From Chitinophagales bacterium (GTDB lineage Bacteria > Bacteroidota > Bacteroidia > Chitinophagales > Chitinophagaceae): a DNA stretch of 64,000 bases. The notes under the pieces are model-generated. The model saw only the letters and a program-made list of their open reading frames with translations. It was not told the DNA's origin and did not search any database. Shown piece by piece: positions 28,710 through 37,413 of the stretch. Positions within the stretch are counted from its first letter, which is position 1. Every line of letters starts with the position of its first letter. The translations under genes and the position numbers were made by a program. The DNA lies in contig JBBSKH010000003.1 in assembly GCA_038256495.1 (NCBI GenBank), forward strand, positions 1,929 to 65,928, written 5' to 3'.

Positions 28710-29312
28710 TCATTCAACATTCAGCTTATTTTTTGAGTGCCGAAAAAACGGGATGATCTTCGGCACAGTTTCACGGTATTGCTGATAATCGTCCCCAAAC
28801 TGCCTTAGCAGTTTTTTTTCTTCAAGGCCAATGGCCAGCAATGTATAAATGATGATGACTGCCAGCACAATTGCATTCTTATAATAAGGCCAGTAAATAA
28901 AAATGCCGGCAATAAAACTAAAGGTGCCCAGATAAAGCGGATGCCGCACTATGCGGTGCAGGCCATTCACCTGTAATACGTCCACCGCATCTTTATATAA
29001 ACCACTCATTTCCCGGAAATATTTCTTCATACAAATGCCCATTATGATAATTCCTGAGAGCAATAATATGGACGCAATTATTACAGAAAGCAGCCCTGTT
29101 TCAAAAAGCAGGCTGCTTTTTACCTGCAACTGGAACCAGGAAAGCAAGGCAAGCGATACAATTGCCACAAGATTATAAAAGACCCGGTAGCTTCTTGCGG
29201 TTAAAAACGTCCATTTATACAGCTTCTGTTTCAACCACTCTGTACACAGTAAACTGTGCAGTATACAGTACGCTGCCCAGTAAACTAATAATAAAACATG
29301 TGTGTAAACCAT
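28710..29312 (-). CDS. Membrane methyltransferase of the ICMT/PEMT family
   Basis: Polytopic protein with the RHPLYLG motif and a C-terminal EEKKL..FG..Y..Y pattern typical of isoprenylcysteine carboxyl / phospholipid methyltransferase-like proteins. Confidence 0.65.
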   Translation of the reverse strand: MVYTHVLLLVYWAAYCILHSLLCTEWLKQKLYKWTFLTARSYRVFYNLVAIVSLALLSWFQLQVKSSLLFETGLLSVIIASILLLSGIIIMGICMKKYFREMSGLYKDAVDVLQVNGLHRIVRHPLYLGTFSFIAGIFIYWPYYKNAIVLAVIIIYTLLAIGLEEKKLLRQFGDDYQQYRETVPKIIPFFRHSKNKLNVE

Positions 29313-29422
29313 TGAATACCAGCGTTAGTAGCCTTTAATCGGCCGTAAATAATTATAATAAGTGCTCCTTAACTATTAATACCATACATTTGCGCATTAT
29401 TAATACAATACAATTAAACAAA

Positions 29423-29626
29423 ATGGACACTAAAAATCAAGGTACAGTAAAGTTTTTTAACTCAGAAAAAGGATTCGGATTCATTAAACATGACGATTCC
29501 GAAAAAGAAACTTTCGTGCACGTAAGCGGACTGATCAATGACATCAAAGAAGGTGATAAAGTTGAGTTTGAACTGCAAAACGGAAAAAAAGGAATGAATG
29601 CTGTTAACGTAACAGTTATAGGATAA
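29423..29626 (+). CDS. Cold-shock domain protein
   Basis: GTVKFFNSEKGFGFI (RNP1) and FVHVS (RNP2). I set the start at ATG 29423 rather than the upstream TTG. Confidence 0.9.
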   Translation: MDTKNQGTVKFFNSEKGFGFIKHDDSEKETFVHVSGLINDIKEGDKVEFELQNGKKGMNAVNVTVIG

Positions 29627-29650
29627 ATCTATATCATTTAAAATTTCTAA

Positions 29651-29681
29651 AGGGCTACTGCAAAACAGTAGCCCTTTTTTT
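29651..29681 (+). terminator. Rho-independent terminator
   Basis: AGGGCTACTG, loop caaaa, CAGTAGCCCT, then TTTTTTT. Confidence 0.9.
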
Positions 29682-29771
29682 ATGCGAAAAAATTATGAAA
29701 TAACTAACCATATTGTTTTTATGCTCTGGGAATATGCCGATATATTTACATTTCAATTAAAAAAACACCTA

Positions 29772-30605
29772 ATGAAAAAAATTTTATGGATATCTGCCCT
29801 GTTAATTACTGGTGCAGCCAATGCGCAAACGATAACGCTTAACAAGGGGCAGCAAATTACCATAAGCAGCACTATTGTACAGGATATTGATATGAGTGCA
29901 ATGGGTATGCAAATGAAAAATAATACCAGCACTACCGGAATCATAATGGTAAAAGATACAGATAAAGATCATTACCAGGCCTCTTACAAAGTAAGCAAGA
30001 TGAAAATTGCCATGGAAGTTATGGGACAAGAAACAAAGTTTGACTCAGAAAACCCTGAAGACAGCAAAACTGATATGGGTAAAGAACTGGCAGGAAAAAT
30101 AAACCAGGAAGTTAATGTATCAATTGACAAGAATACCGGTAAAGCGGTGATGGAAGTGAGCGAAACTGCCGAAATGAAAGATGAGAAAGATAAAAATCCA
30201 ATGGAAGAGATGATGAATTCTTTTGGACCAGCGGATGATGCCGCCGCAGTAGAAACTGCTTACCTTATTATTCCCGCTGGCAAAAAGAAGGGCGATAGCT
30301 GGATGGATTCTACCAGCAAAGAAGGCATGAAGAACCTAAAGACCTATACTATCAAAGAGATAAAGGATAACGTAGCCACCATCGGCATTAGCGAACTATT
30401 AAAAGGTAGTACATCAACTGAAGCCCAGGGCATGCAAATGGATGTAACGATTGATTCTAAAACAACCGGCGATATTTTTGTGAATACCAAAACTTCGCTT
30501 GTAAAGAAAAGGGTTAGTACGATGGAACTTAGCGGAACCATTGATATGATGGGACAATCGATCCCCATGACCTCAAAGGCTACTATGACCGTAGATTATA
30601 ACTAA
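29772..30605 (+). CDS. Secreted methionine-rich protein, hypothetical
   Basis: Signal peptide MKKILWISALLITGAANAQ. There are many Met clusters: MSAMGMQM, MEVMG, PMEEMMN, GMQM and IDMMGQSIPM. Confidence 0.6.
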   Translation: MKKILWISALLITGAANAQTITLNKGQQITISSTIVQDIDMSAMGMQMKNNTSTTGIIMVKDTDKDHYQASYKVSKMKIAMEVMGQETKFDSENPEDSKTDMGKELAGKINQEVNVSIDKNTGKAVMEVSETAEMKDEKDKNPMEEMMNSFGPADDAAAVETAYLIIPAGKKKGDSWMDSTSKEGMKNLKTYTIKEIKDNVATIGISELLKGSTSTEAQGMQMDVTIDSKTTGDIFVNTKTSLVKKRVSTMELSGTIDMMGQSIPMTSKATMTVDYN

Positions 30606-30632
30606 AACTTATTCAATTATACACTTACCAAG

Positions 30633-30655
30633 GCCCCGGATTATTCCGGGGCTTT
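30633..30655. terminator. Bidirectional terminator hairpin between convergent genes
   Basis: GCCCCGGA, loop ttat, TCCGGGGC, then TTT. Confidence 0.6.
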
Positions 30656-30660
30656 AGCTT

Positions 30661-31893
30661 TTAGCTAGCTGCCCATTTTGGCGAACGAAGATGCAATCGA
30701 TAAAAACCCATAGCCGCCACAACGCATACAAATGCAGTAAGGTACCACAGGTTAACAAAACCGATATTGTGCGCCAGTATAGCACCAGAGCTGCTCCCAA
30801 TCACTTGTGCCGCACTCCATGCCATGGTGTACATTCCTGCATAAGCACCACGGTTATGCTCCTTAGTGCGACTGATATAATAGCTGTTCATAAAGGGCAT
30901 TGACATCATTTCTGCAACTGTTAACACCAGCACCGACATTACTGCAATGAGCATCCCTCCCAGAAACGGAATGTTCAGCAGCAGAAAAGAAAGCCCCATC
31001 AGCAGCGTGCCTGCAGCTATCAACAATAAGTAAGGTTTTCTCCCTTCAAGCTTAAAAACAATAGGCATTTCAACCACCGCTATCAATATCCCGTTCAGCG
31101 ACATCACCATACCAATATGGAATTCATCAAGCTTCAACACATCTTTAAAAAAAATAGGAACCGTGGTAAACAACTGGAAAAAACATGATGCAAACAATAA
31201 AATAAAACCAAGGAACCACCAGAAGGTGCGGTCCCTATGTGCAGCAGAAGCCTGCTTTTCGTGGCTGGATAAATTCCTCATTGCAATACGATGCTGCTCC
31301 CCTTCTGACCTTGGCAACAGCAGCAGCAGGCAAAACGCTGCCAGCATACTTGTACCGCCATCTACCCAAAACAACAGGTGATAATTAATGGAAGCCAACA
31401 CCCCTCCTACTGCAATACCCACTCCCCAGCCGAGATTAATGGCCAGCCTTACCAAAGAAAAAGATTGTGTACGATTTTTTATCGTGCTGTAGTGTGCAAT
31501 TGCTGAAGCGTTTGCCGGCCTGAAAGTTTCATTCACCATACTCAAAACAAAGGTGCACAAACAAATGGCAAGATAGCTTTGCATTTGGCCAAGCAACATA
31601 AACATGAGGCCACCCAAAAACAACGCTGCAAACTGTAGGTTATAAAACCCGAATCGATCACTAAGTTTCCCACCAATAAATGCACCCAGCATTGATCCGA
31701 TCCCATAAATAGCAACTACAATACCGCCCTGTTCAATGCTGAAACCTTCCTGCAAACAATACAAAGTAAGAAAGGCCAGCACCATGGTACCGCTGCGGTT
31801 TATCAGCATAACGATTGCCAGTAACCAGATATTCCGGTTAAGGCCGCTATAGGCTTTCCTGTATAAATTTATGGTGGCGGTTAACATAAACAA
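30661..31893 (-). CDS. MFS transporter
   Basis: A polytopic protein of about 12 TM helices with an MFS loop motif (GKLSDRFG). Confidence 0.8.
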   Translation of the reverse strand: MFMLTATINLYRKAYSGLNRNIWLLAIVMLINRSGTMVLAFLTLYCLQEGFSIEQGGIVVAIYGIGSMLGAFIGGKLSDRFGFYNLQFAALFLGGLMFMLLGQMQSYLAICLCTFVLSMVNETFRPANASAIAHYSTIKNRTQSFSLVRLAINLGWGVGIAVGGVLASINYHLLFWVDGGTSMLAAFCLLLLLPRSEGEQHRIAMRNLSSHEKQASAAHRDRTFWWFLGFILLFASCFFQLFTTVPIFFKDVLKLDEFHIGMVMSLNGILIAVVEMPIVFKLEGRKPYLLLIAAGTLLMGLSFLLLNIPFLGGMLIAVMSVLVLTVAEMMSMPFMNSYYISRTKEHNRGAYAGMYTMAWSAAQVIGSSSGAILAHNIGFVNLWYLTAFVCVVAAMGFYRLHLRSPKWAAS

Positions 31894-31896
31894 TCA

Positions 31897-32337
31897 CTAG
31901 TCGATCCAAAAAAAATCATCAGCTCTCGGGGCTTTTTCAAATACATGTTGCAAGGAGGCTGGCGGAGGTGCCAATTTTCTTTTTACTTTATCTATCCAGG
32001 CAGCATCAATATTGATAATGGCAGCAAGGGTAGCACCGTTCTTATACAATTCATGCCTCATACTCCAGCGCCCCATATCTTTTGTCATTTTCAACAGCAC
32101 CAGGTTTACCTGCAAGGTGTCGCCAAAAACTATTTCCCTTTTAAACAGCGCCTCTTCCCTGAATAAGACAGGACCAATTTGATTTGAGGTCATCCACTTT
32201 GCATCTATGCCATTTTCGGCCATAAAACACATTCGGCAATAAGCCCCAAAATCATAGTATTTTGAATGCAATACGTGAAAATTTGGATCCAGGTCGGCCC
32301 ATCTAATCTCCATTTCTTTAGTAAATGCTTCTTTCAT
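31897..32337 (-). CDS. Hotdog-fold acyl-CoA thioesterase family protein
   Basis: IRWADLDPNFHVLHSKYYDF resembles the 4HBT/YbgC-type motif. It lies 3 nt upstream of the MFS gene. Confidence 0.6.
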   Translation of the reverse strand: MKEAFTKEMEIRWADLDPNFHVLHSKYYDFGAYCRMCFMAENGIDAKWMTSNQIGPVLFREEALFKREIVFGDTLQVNLVLLKMTKDMGRWSMRHELYKNGATLAAIINIDAAWIDKVKRKLAPPPASLQHVFEKAPRADDFFWID

Positions 32338-32404
32338 AAAAGGATAAAAAAAAATCCTTTTCGAAGATAAAACGAAAAGGATTTTACAAAGATATTGTTA
32401 GTAT

Positions 32405-34057
32405 TTAAACATATAAAATTTCATAGTATTCCTTAGCCATACGATTGCTGTCAAACTGCCAGCGAACATCCCGCATACTATTCTTAACTATCTGGCGCCA
32501 GGTATCGGGGTGATCATAATACAAAGGCAATACCTGGTTTTCTAATATCTCGTACATTTTCTTCAGGTCGTAATCATCCTGTTCATGCACCGAAATTGAA
32601 CTGTAATCAATAGGCGGAATAACAAAGCCATTGTTTCCATGGTTGATGAACTCGCATATCCAGCCATCATTGGTGCTGAAATTTACAGAGCCGTTCATAG
32701 CAGCAGTCATGCCGCTGGTGCCGCTAGCCTCCCTGGGAACCCTGGGTGTGTTTAACCAAACATCAGAAGCTTGTTTTAATCTCTTACTTAAGGTTAATTC
32801 GTAGCCGGTGCAAACTGCAACATTCTTATACTGCTTGCTCAGGTTTACCAACATATTAAAATCGCTGATGGCGGGATAATCAACAGGGTAAGGTTTGCCT
32901 GCCCATATGATTTGCACAGGGTACTTAGTGTTTTGTAATAGTGCCCTAAACCGGTCTTCATCCCTGGTGATGAGGTCTGCCCTTTTATAACCTGCAAACC
33001 TGCGTGCCCAAACGATGGTGAACACATCAGGGTTCATCAACTTCCCGGTCTGATCTGCCACCACATCGAAGGCCCGCTTTTTCAGGAATCGCTTCCTATC
33101 AATAAATGCGGGCATATTATCGTCATCCATGTAGCGATACAATTGTTTATCCGCCCAATATTGCCAGTTCTGGGCATTGGTGATGGCTTTTATTTCGCAG
33201 GTATTGCCAAACTTACCCCACATCTGCCGGCTTACTTCACCATGCAACTGGCTTACGCCGTTGGCAAGTTTTGCTATACGTAAAGCAGCTAGCGAATGAT
33301 CAAACATATCTCCATTAATACCGGTGTACTCTCTTACTTTCTTCAGCGGCATACCGCAGAAATAACTCATCTTTTCGCAAAGAAAAATATCATGCTTTTC
33401 GTTTCCGGCTTCCTCGGGTGTGTGGGTAGTAAACACTAGTTTCTCCCTCACCGCTTTCATACTACCCAGTTTTTTATACAGGTAGAATGCAGCGCTTAAG
33501 CCATGCGCTTCATTTAAATGATACAACTCAGGATTAAAATTCAATTGATCCATCAATTTGGCCCCACCAACACCCAGCAAAATAAACTGGGCCACTTTTG
33601 TAGCAACATTGGCATCATATAATTTATGAGAAATGGTCTGGGAAACATAGTCATTCTCCGGCAGATCGGTGGAAAGCAGGAATAGTGGCGCTGTCTTAAA
33701 GGTTTCGGGGTTCAGGTAAAAAGCCTTTACCCAGACCGGGTGTTCATGTATCTGTATCTGGAATTTAATACCGGTATCCTCCAGGAAATTATATATCTTT
33801 TCGTTCCATTGCACCTGCAAGGTTTGATCCTGGTTGCGGGCCTGGTCGTAATAACCGTATTTCCATAAGATGCCAATGCCTACAAGGTTTTGTCTTAATT
33901 CATATGCACTCCTTAAATGTGAACCGCTTAAATAACCAAGTCCGCCACTATAAATCTTCAAAGGTTGGTGTACTGCAAACTCCATCGAAAAATAACTTAC
34001 TCTTTTTCCATAAGCAGGATCTACCTCATAAGGAACCTGAAACTGACTAAAATTCAT
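32405..34057 (-). CDS. Alpha-glucan phosphorylase (GT35) family protein, short form, with atypical PLP site
   Basis: GGLGYLSG, FTTHTPEEAGNE and EASGTSGMTAAMNG motifs. The Lys normally in the last motif is Thr here. Confidence 0.75.
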   Translation of the reverse strand: MNFSQFQVPYEVDPAYGKRVSYFSMEFAVHQPLKIYSGGLGYLSGSHLRSAYELRQNLVGIGILWKYGYYDQARNQDQTLQVQWNEKIYNFLEDTGIKFQIQIHEHPVWVKAFYLNPETFKTAPLFLLSTDLPENDYVSQTISHKLYDANVATKVAQFILLGVGGAKLMDQLNFNPELYHLNEAHGLSAAFYLYKKLGSMKAVREKLVFTTHTPEEAGNEKHDIFLCEKMSYFCGMPLKKVREYTGINGDMFDHSLAALRIAKLANGVSQLHGEVSRQMWGKFGNTCEIKAITNAQNWQYWADKQLYRYMDDDNMPAFIDRKRFLKKRAFDVVADQTGKLMNPDVFTIVWARRFAGYKRADLITRDEDRFRALLQNTKYPVQIIWAGKPYPVDYPAISDFNMLVNLSKQYKNVAVCTGYELTLSKRLKQASDVWLNTPRVPREASGTSGMTAAMNGSVNFSTNDGWICEFINHGNNGFVIPPIDYSSISVHEQDDYDLKKMYEILENQVLPLYYDHPDTWRQIVKNSMRDVRWQFDSNRMAKEYYEILYV

Positions 34058-34175
34058 TTTTTTTATTTTGATTTTGCTGCAATATAAATGGAAATTGCCA
34101 TACCCATGTAAACTTTACACATTAGCCAACTGCCGGTCCGCTTAAAATTAAGGTGCTTACAAGGCAATAATTAGT

Positions 34176-34209
34176 AAAAAAATATTTAGGTTTGTCTAAA
34201 TATTTTTTT
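34176..34209. promoter_or_regulatory. Candidate DtxR/MntR operator: perfect 14-bp inverted repeat with a 6-nt spacer
   Basis: AAAAAAATATTTAG, spacer gtttgt, CTAAATATTTTTTT. It ends 7 nt before the regulator start codon, and its core TTAGGTTTGTCTAA resembles DtxR-family boxes. Confidence 0.55.
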
Positions 34210-34216
34210 AGCCTTG

Positions 34217-34876
34217 ATGAAGTTTACTACAAGTGAAGAAAATTATCTTAAGAATATTTACCATTTGCAGGTAATGCACGACAAAAAAGTGTCTGCTTCA
34301 ATGCTGTCAGAAACCGTGAATACCCGTGCCGCTTCTGTAACGGATATGCTTAAGAAATTACACAAGAAGAAGCTATTACATTACGAGCCTTACAAACATT
34401 TTCATCTTACAGAAACAGGCAACAGAGCTGCCATCGAGATCATAAGGAAGCACCGCCTATGGGAATTCTTCCTCGTTAATATTTTAAAATTTAAATGGGA
34501 TGAAGTACATGAAATTGCCGAAGAGCTGGAACACGTGAGCAGCACCGAACTGGTAATAAGGCTGGAGCAGTTCCTTGGGTTTCCTTCCTTTGATCCGCAT
34601 GGTGACCCCATCCCTAACAGTAAAGGAAAGATGCCCGAACAGGAACAACTAAGCCTGGAGGCATTGCCACTAAAACAGGCCGCCACCGTTTCCTACATCC
34701 GGGATCAGCGCATAGCCATGATGGATATACTGGCACATTACCAGATAAAGATCGGCTCCCGTTTAAAGGTGATCCGCAGGTTTGATTTTGACGAAAGCAT
34801 AGAAATAAAAGTTGACAAACAACCGGCTGCAACCATCAGCAAACAGGTGGCAGCAAATATTTACTGCACAATATGA
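34217..34876 (+). CDS. DtxR/MntR family metal-dependent transcriptional regulator with C-terminal FeoA-like domain
   Basis: N-terminal winged HTH (EENYLKNIY..VSASMLSETVNTRAASVTDMLKKL), a metal-binding dimerisation region (RKHRLWEFFL..HEIAEELEH), and a C-terminal SH3/FeoA-like domain. Confidence 0.85.
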   Translation: MKFTTSEENYLKNIYHLQVMHDKKVSASMLSETVNTRAASVTDMLKKLHKKKLLHYEPYKHFHLTETGNRAAIEIIRKHRLWEFFLVNILKFKWDEVHEIAEELEHVSSTELVIRLEQFLGFPSFDPHGDPIPNSKGKMPEQEQLSLEALPLKQAATVSYIRDQRIAMMDILAHYQIKIGSRLKVIRRFDFDESIEIKVDKQPAATISKQVAANIYCTI

Positions 34877-36753
34877 AGCATAAAACAGATATCGATTCAC
34901 AATCACTAAGTGAGGTGCACGCCAGCGTAGATACGGCAGCAAAGCCCAAAGGCTGGAAGCGGTTGTTTTCATTTATGGGACCGGCTTACCTCGTGAGCGT
35001 AGGTTATATGGACCCGGGAAACTGGGCAACAGACCTTGCTGGTGGAAGTAAATTCGGTTATACACTTATCTGGGTGTTACTTATGAGTAACCTGATGGCC
35101 TTGTTGCTGCAGGGCATGTCATCAAGGCTTGGCATCGTAAGGGGTAGAGACCTTGCACAGGCTAACCGGGAAACCTATCCACGTGGGGTGAACTTCGTAT
35201 TGTACCTGCTGGCAGAGTTGGCCATTGCGGCAACGGATCTTGCCGAAGTGCTTGGTATGGCCATCGGCATACAACTACTCACCGGGCTGCCACTAATTTG
35301 GGGTGTAAGTATAACGGTGCTGGATACCTTCATTTTATTATACCTGCAAAAACTGGGCATCCGCCGCATGGAGGCATTTATCATAGCATTGGTTGCCGTC
35401 ATCGCCATCTCATTTTTGATACAAATTGTAATGGCCAAACCGGCTATTGCAGAAGTTGCCAGCGGCCTTATACCGTCTAAGCTGAATAACGAAGCACTCT
35501 TTATAGCCATTGGTATTATTGGCGCCACTGTGATGCCACATAACCTCTACCTGCACTCGGCATTAGTACAAACACGCAAAATCACCAAAACGGATGAAGG
35601 CATCCGGCAGGCGATAAAATTTAACCGAATTGACACTACCATTGCATTGAACATTGCATTTCTTGTAAACGCAGCCATCCTGATACTGGCAGCGTCCGTC
35701 TTCTTTAAAACAGGGAATACAGACGTAGCAGAAATAAAAGAAGCTCACCGTCTTCTTCCATCCTTCCTTGGGCCCCTGGCTCCTATTTTGTTTGCCCTGG
35801 CTTTGATAGCAGCTGGCCAAAGCAGTACGGTTACGGGTACTCTTGCAGGCCAGATAGTAATGGAAGGATATTTAAGCCTGCGGCTCAACCCTATACTACG
35901 AAGGCTGATCACAAGGATGGTAGCAATAATTCCGGCGCTCATCGTAATTAGTATTTATGGCGAAAGCCAGGTAGATGCTTTATTGATAATGAGCCAGGTG
36001 TTGTTGAGTTTGCAGCTAGGCTATGCCGTTATTCCCTTGATACAGTTTGTGAGCGATAAAAGCACCATGGGTAAGTTCGCCATAAAACCGTTAACCAAAG
36101 TTGCAGCCTGGCTGATAGCAACCGTGCTGATCTACCTGAATTTAAGAATGCTGTTTAATGAAGTAGAACCGGTTTTTCTGGCAGATCCCATCTGGCCAAA
36201 GATTGGCATCATAGCTGCTGCGGCATTTTTTGGAAGCCTGTTGGTATATATCATTATTCATCCTTTTATAAGGAAAGCCGTGCTGCCTAAATCTATTCGC
36301 ATGCATAAAAAAGACGAAGGCGACGTACTGATCACAAAGCCGGTCTATAATAAAATTGCCATAGCATTAGACTTTAGCGAAGATGATGGGAAGATCATTT
36401 CTTATGCTATTGGCCAGGGCCACGAAAAGAGCAGTTACATTTTGCTGCATGTGGTGGAAAGCGCCGGTGCCATCATTTCCGGTGCACAAACCGATGACTA
36501 CGAAAGCCGGAAAGATATGGAGCAACTAAATGAATACGTGGCTATGTTAAGTGCGCAAGGATTCAGATCAGAAGCTGCCATAGGCTACCGGAACCGGGTA
36601 GGCGAGATTGTAAGGATCGTAAAAGAGAACGATGCAGACATCCTGGTAATTGGCGCACATGGCCACACAGGCCTTAAAGATTTTATTTATGGTGCCACCG
36701 TAAATGCGGTAAGACATGAATTGAAGATACCAGTATTGATAGTAAATCTATAA
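34873..36753 (+). CDS. mntH: Nramp-family divalent metal (Mn2+) transporter fused to a C-terminal universal stress protein domain
   Basis: GPAYLVSVGYMDPGNWATDL and GATVMPHNLYLHS Nramp motifs. The last roughly 135 aa (from YNKIAIALDFS to VIGAHGHTGL..PVLIV) form a USP domain. An ATGA overlap joins it to the regulator. Confidence 0.85.
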   Translation: MKHKTDIDSQSLSEVHASVDTAAKPKGWKRLFSFMGPAYLVSVGYMDPGNWATDLAGGSKFGYTLIWVLLMSNLMALLLQGMSSRLGIVRGRDLAQANRETYPRGVNFVLYLLAELAIAATDLAEVLGMAIGIQLLTGLPLIWGVSITVLDTFILLYLQKLGIRRMEAFIIALVAVIAISFLIQIVMAKPAIAEVASGLIPSKLNNEALFIAIGIIGATVMPHNLYLHSALVQTRKITKTDEGIRQAIKFNRIDTTIALNIAFLVNAAILILAASVFFKTGNTDVAEIKEAHRLLPSFLGPLAPILFALALIAAGQSSTVTGTLAGQIVMEGYLSLRLNPILRRLITRMVAIIPALIVISIYGESQVDALLIMSQVLLSLQLGYAVIPLIQFVSDKSTMGKFAIKPLTKVAAWLIATVLIYLNLRMLFNEVEPVFLADPIWPKIGIIAAAAFFGSLLVYIIIHPFIRKAVLPKSIRMHKKDEGDVLITKPVYNKIAIALDFSEDDGKIISYAIGQGHEKSSYILLHVVESAGAIISGAQTDDYESRKDMEQLNEYVAMLSAQGFRSEAAIGYRNRVGEIVRIVKENDADILVIGAHGHTGLKDFIYGATVNAVRHELKIPVLIVNL

Positions 36754-37317
36754 ACTGCTGAGCCTTTGGGAAAGGTAGGCATCCCATTTTTGCTGCACAT
36801 CTTTTAGCTGGCCGTTTTTTGTTTGCCCGTCATATTCTTCCTGCATTTTGTTCATCATATCGCAATACTCTTTGTAAAGCGATGGCAGGAGCACATTAAA
36901 GTTGGAACGGTCAAGGCTTGCTTTTTTCAGCCTTTCTTCAAACATTTTGGCTGCAATAAAGCTAATGTTGAAGTGGTTCTGTTCATGGTTCAGAATATAT
37001 TCTGTGGTTTTACCCGGCTTCACCCATGATTTATCTTTGGTGAAATAGCAGTAGATACCAATGTTCAGCATGCTTTTACTCCCCGTGCTGCTCATGTCTG
37101 CCTTATAGCCAAACCCTGATGCCGTAACGGCTGCAGCCAATGTTTTATCGTTTGTTGTCCCACGGAAATCACTCCAGCTTAATGGCCGTTGCTGGCTGTA
37201 ATAAATAATATCTGCAGGCCGTAGCGTGGTTTGCTCCGTCCAGTAAACATTGGTTACCACCTGCGCCTTTAAAACTGAAGTAAAACTGAAACAAAAAAAT
37301 ACCAATAAATATTTCAT
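36748..37317 (-). CDS. Secreted DUF922-like putative zinc metalloprotease
   Basis: Signal peptide and an HExxH motif (NHEQNHF). Confidence 0.6.
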   Translation of the reverse strand: MKYLLVFFCFSFTSVLKAQVVTNVYWTEQTTLRPADIIYYSQQRPLSWSDFRGTTNDKTLAAAVTASGFGYKADMSSTGSKSMLNIGIYCYFTKDKSWVKPGKTTEYILNHEQNHFNISFIAAKMFEERLKKASLDRSNFNVLLPSLYKEYCDMMNKMQEEYDGQTKNGQLKDVQQKWDAYLSQRLSSL

Positions 37318-37413
37318 ACCAAATCGTTCAAAACATCAAAGCAACAATCATTTTTCTTAAAAAAGACTTAAGCCGTCAACTTTTGCCATTACATTAACAG
37401 GCCAAAGGCATCG

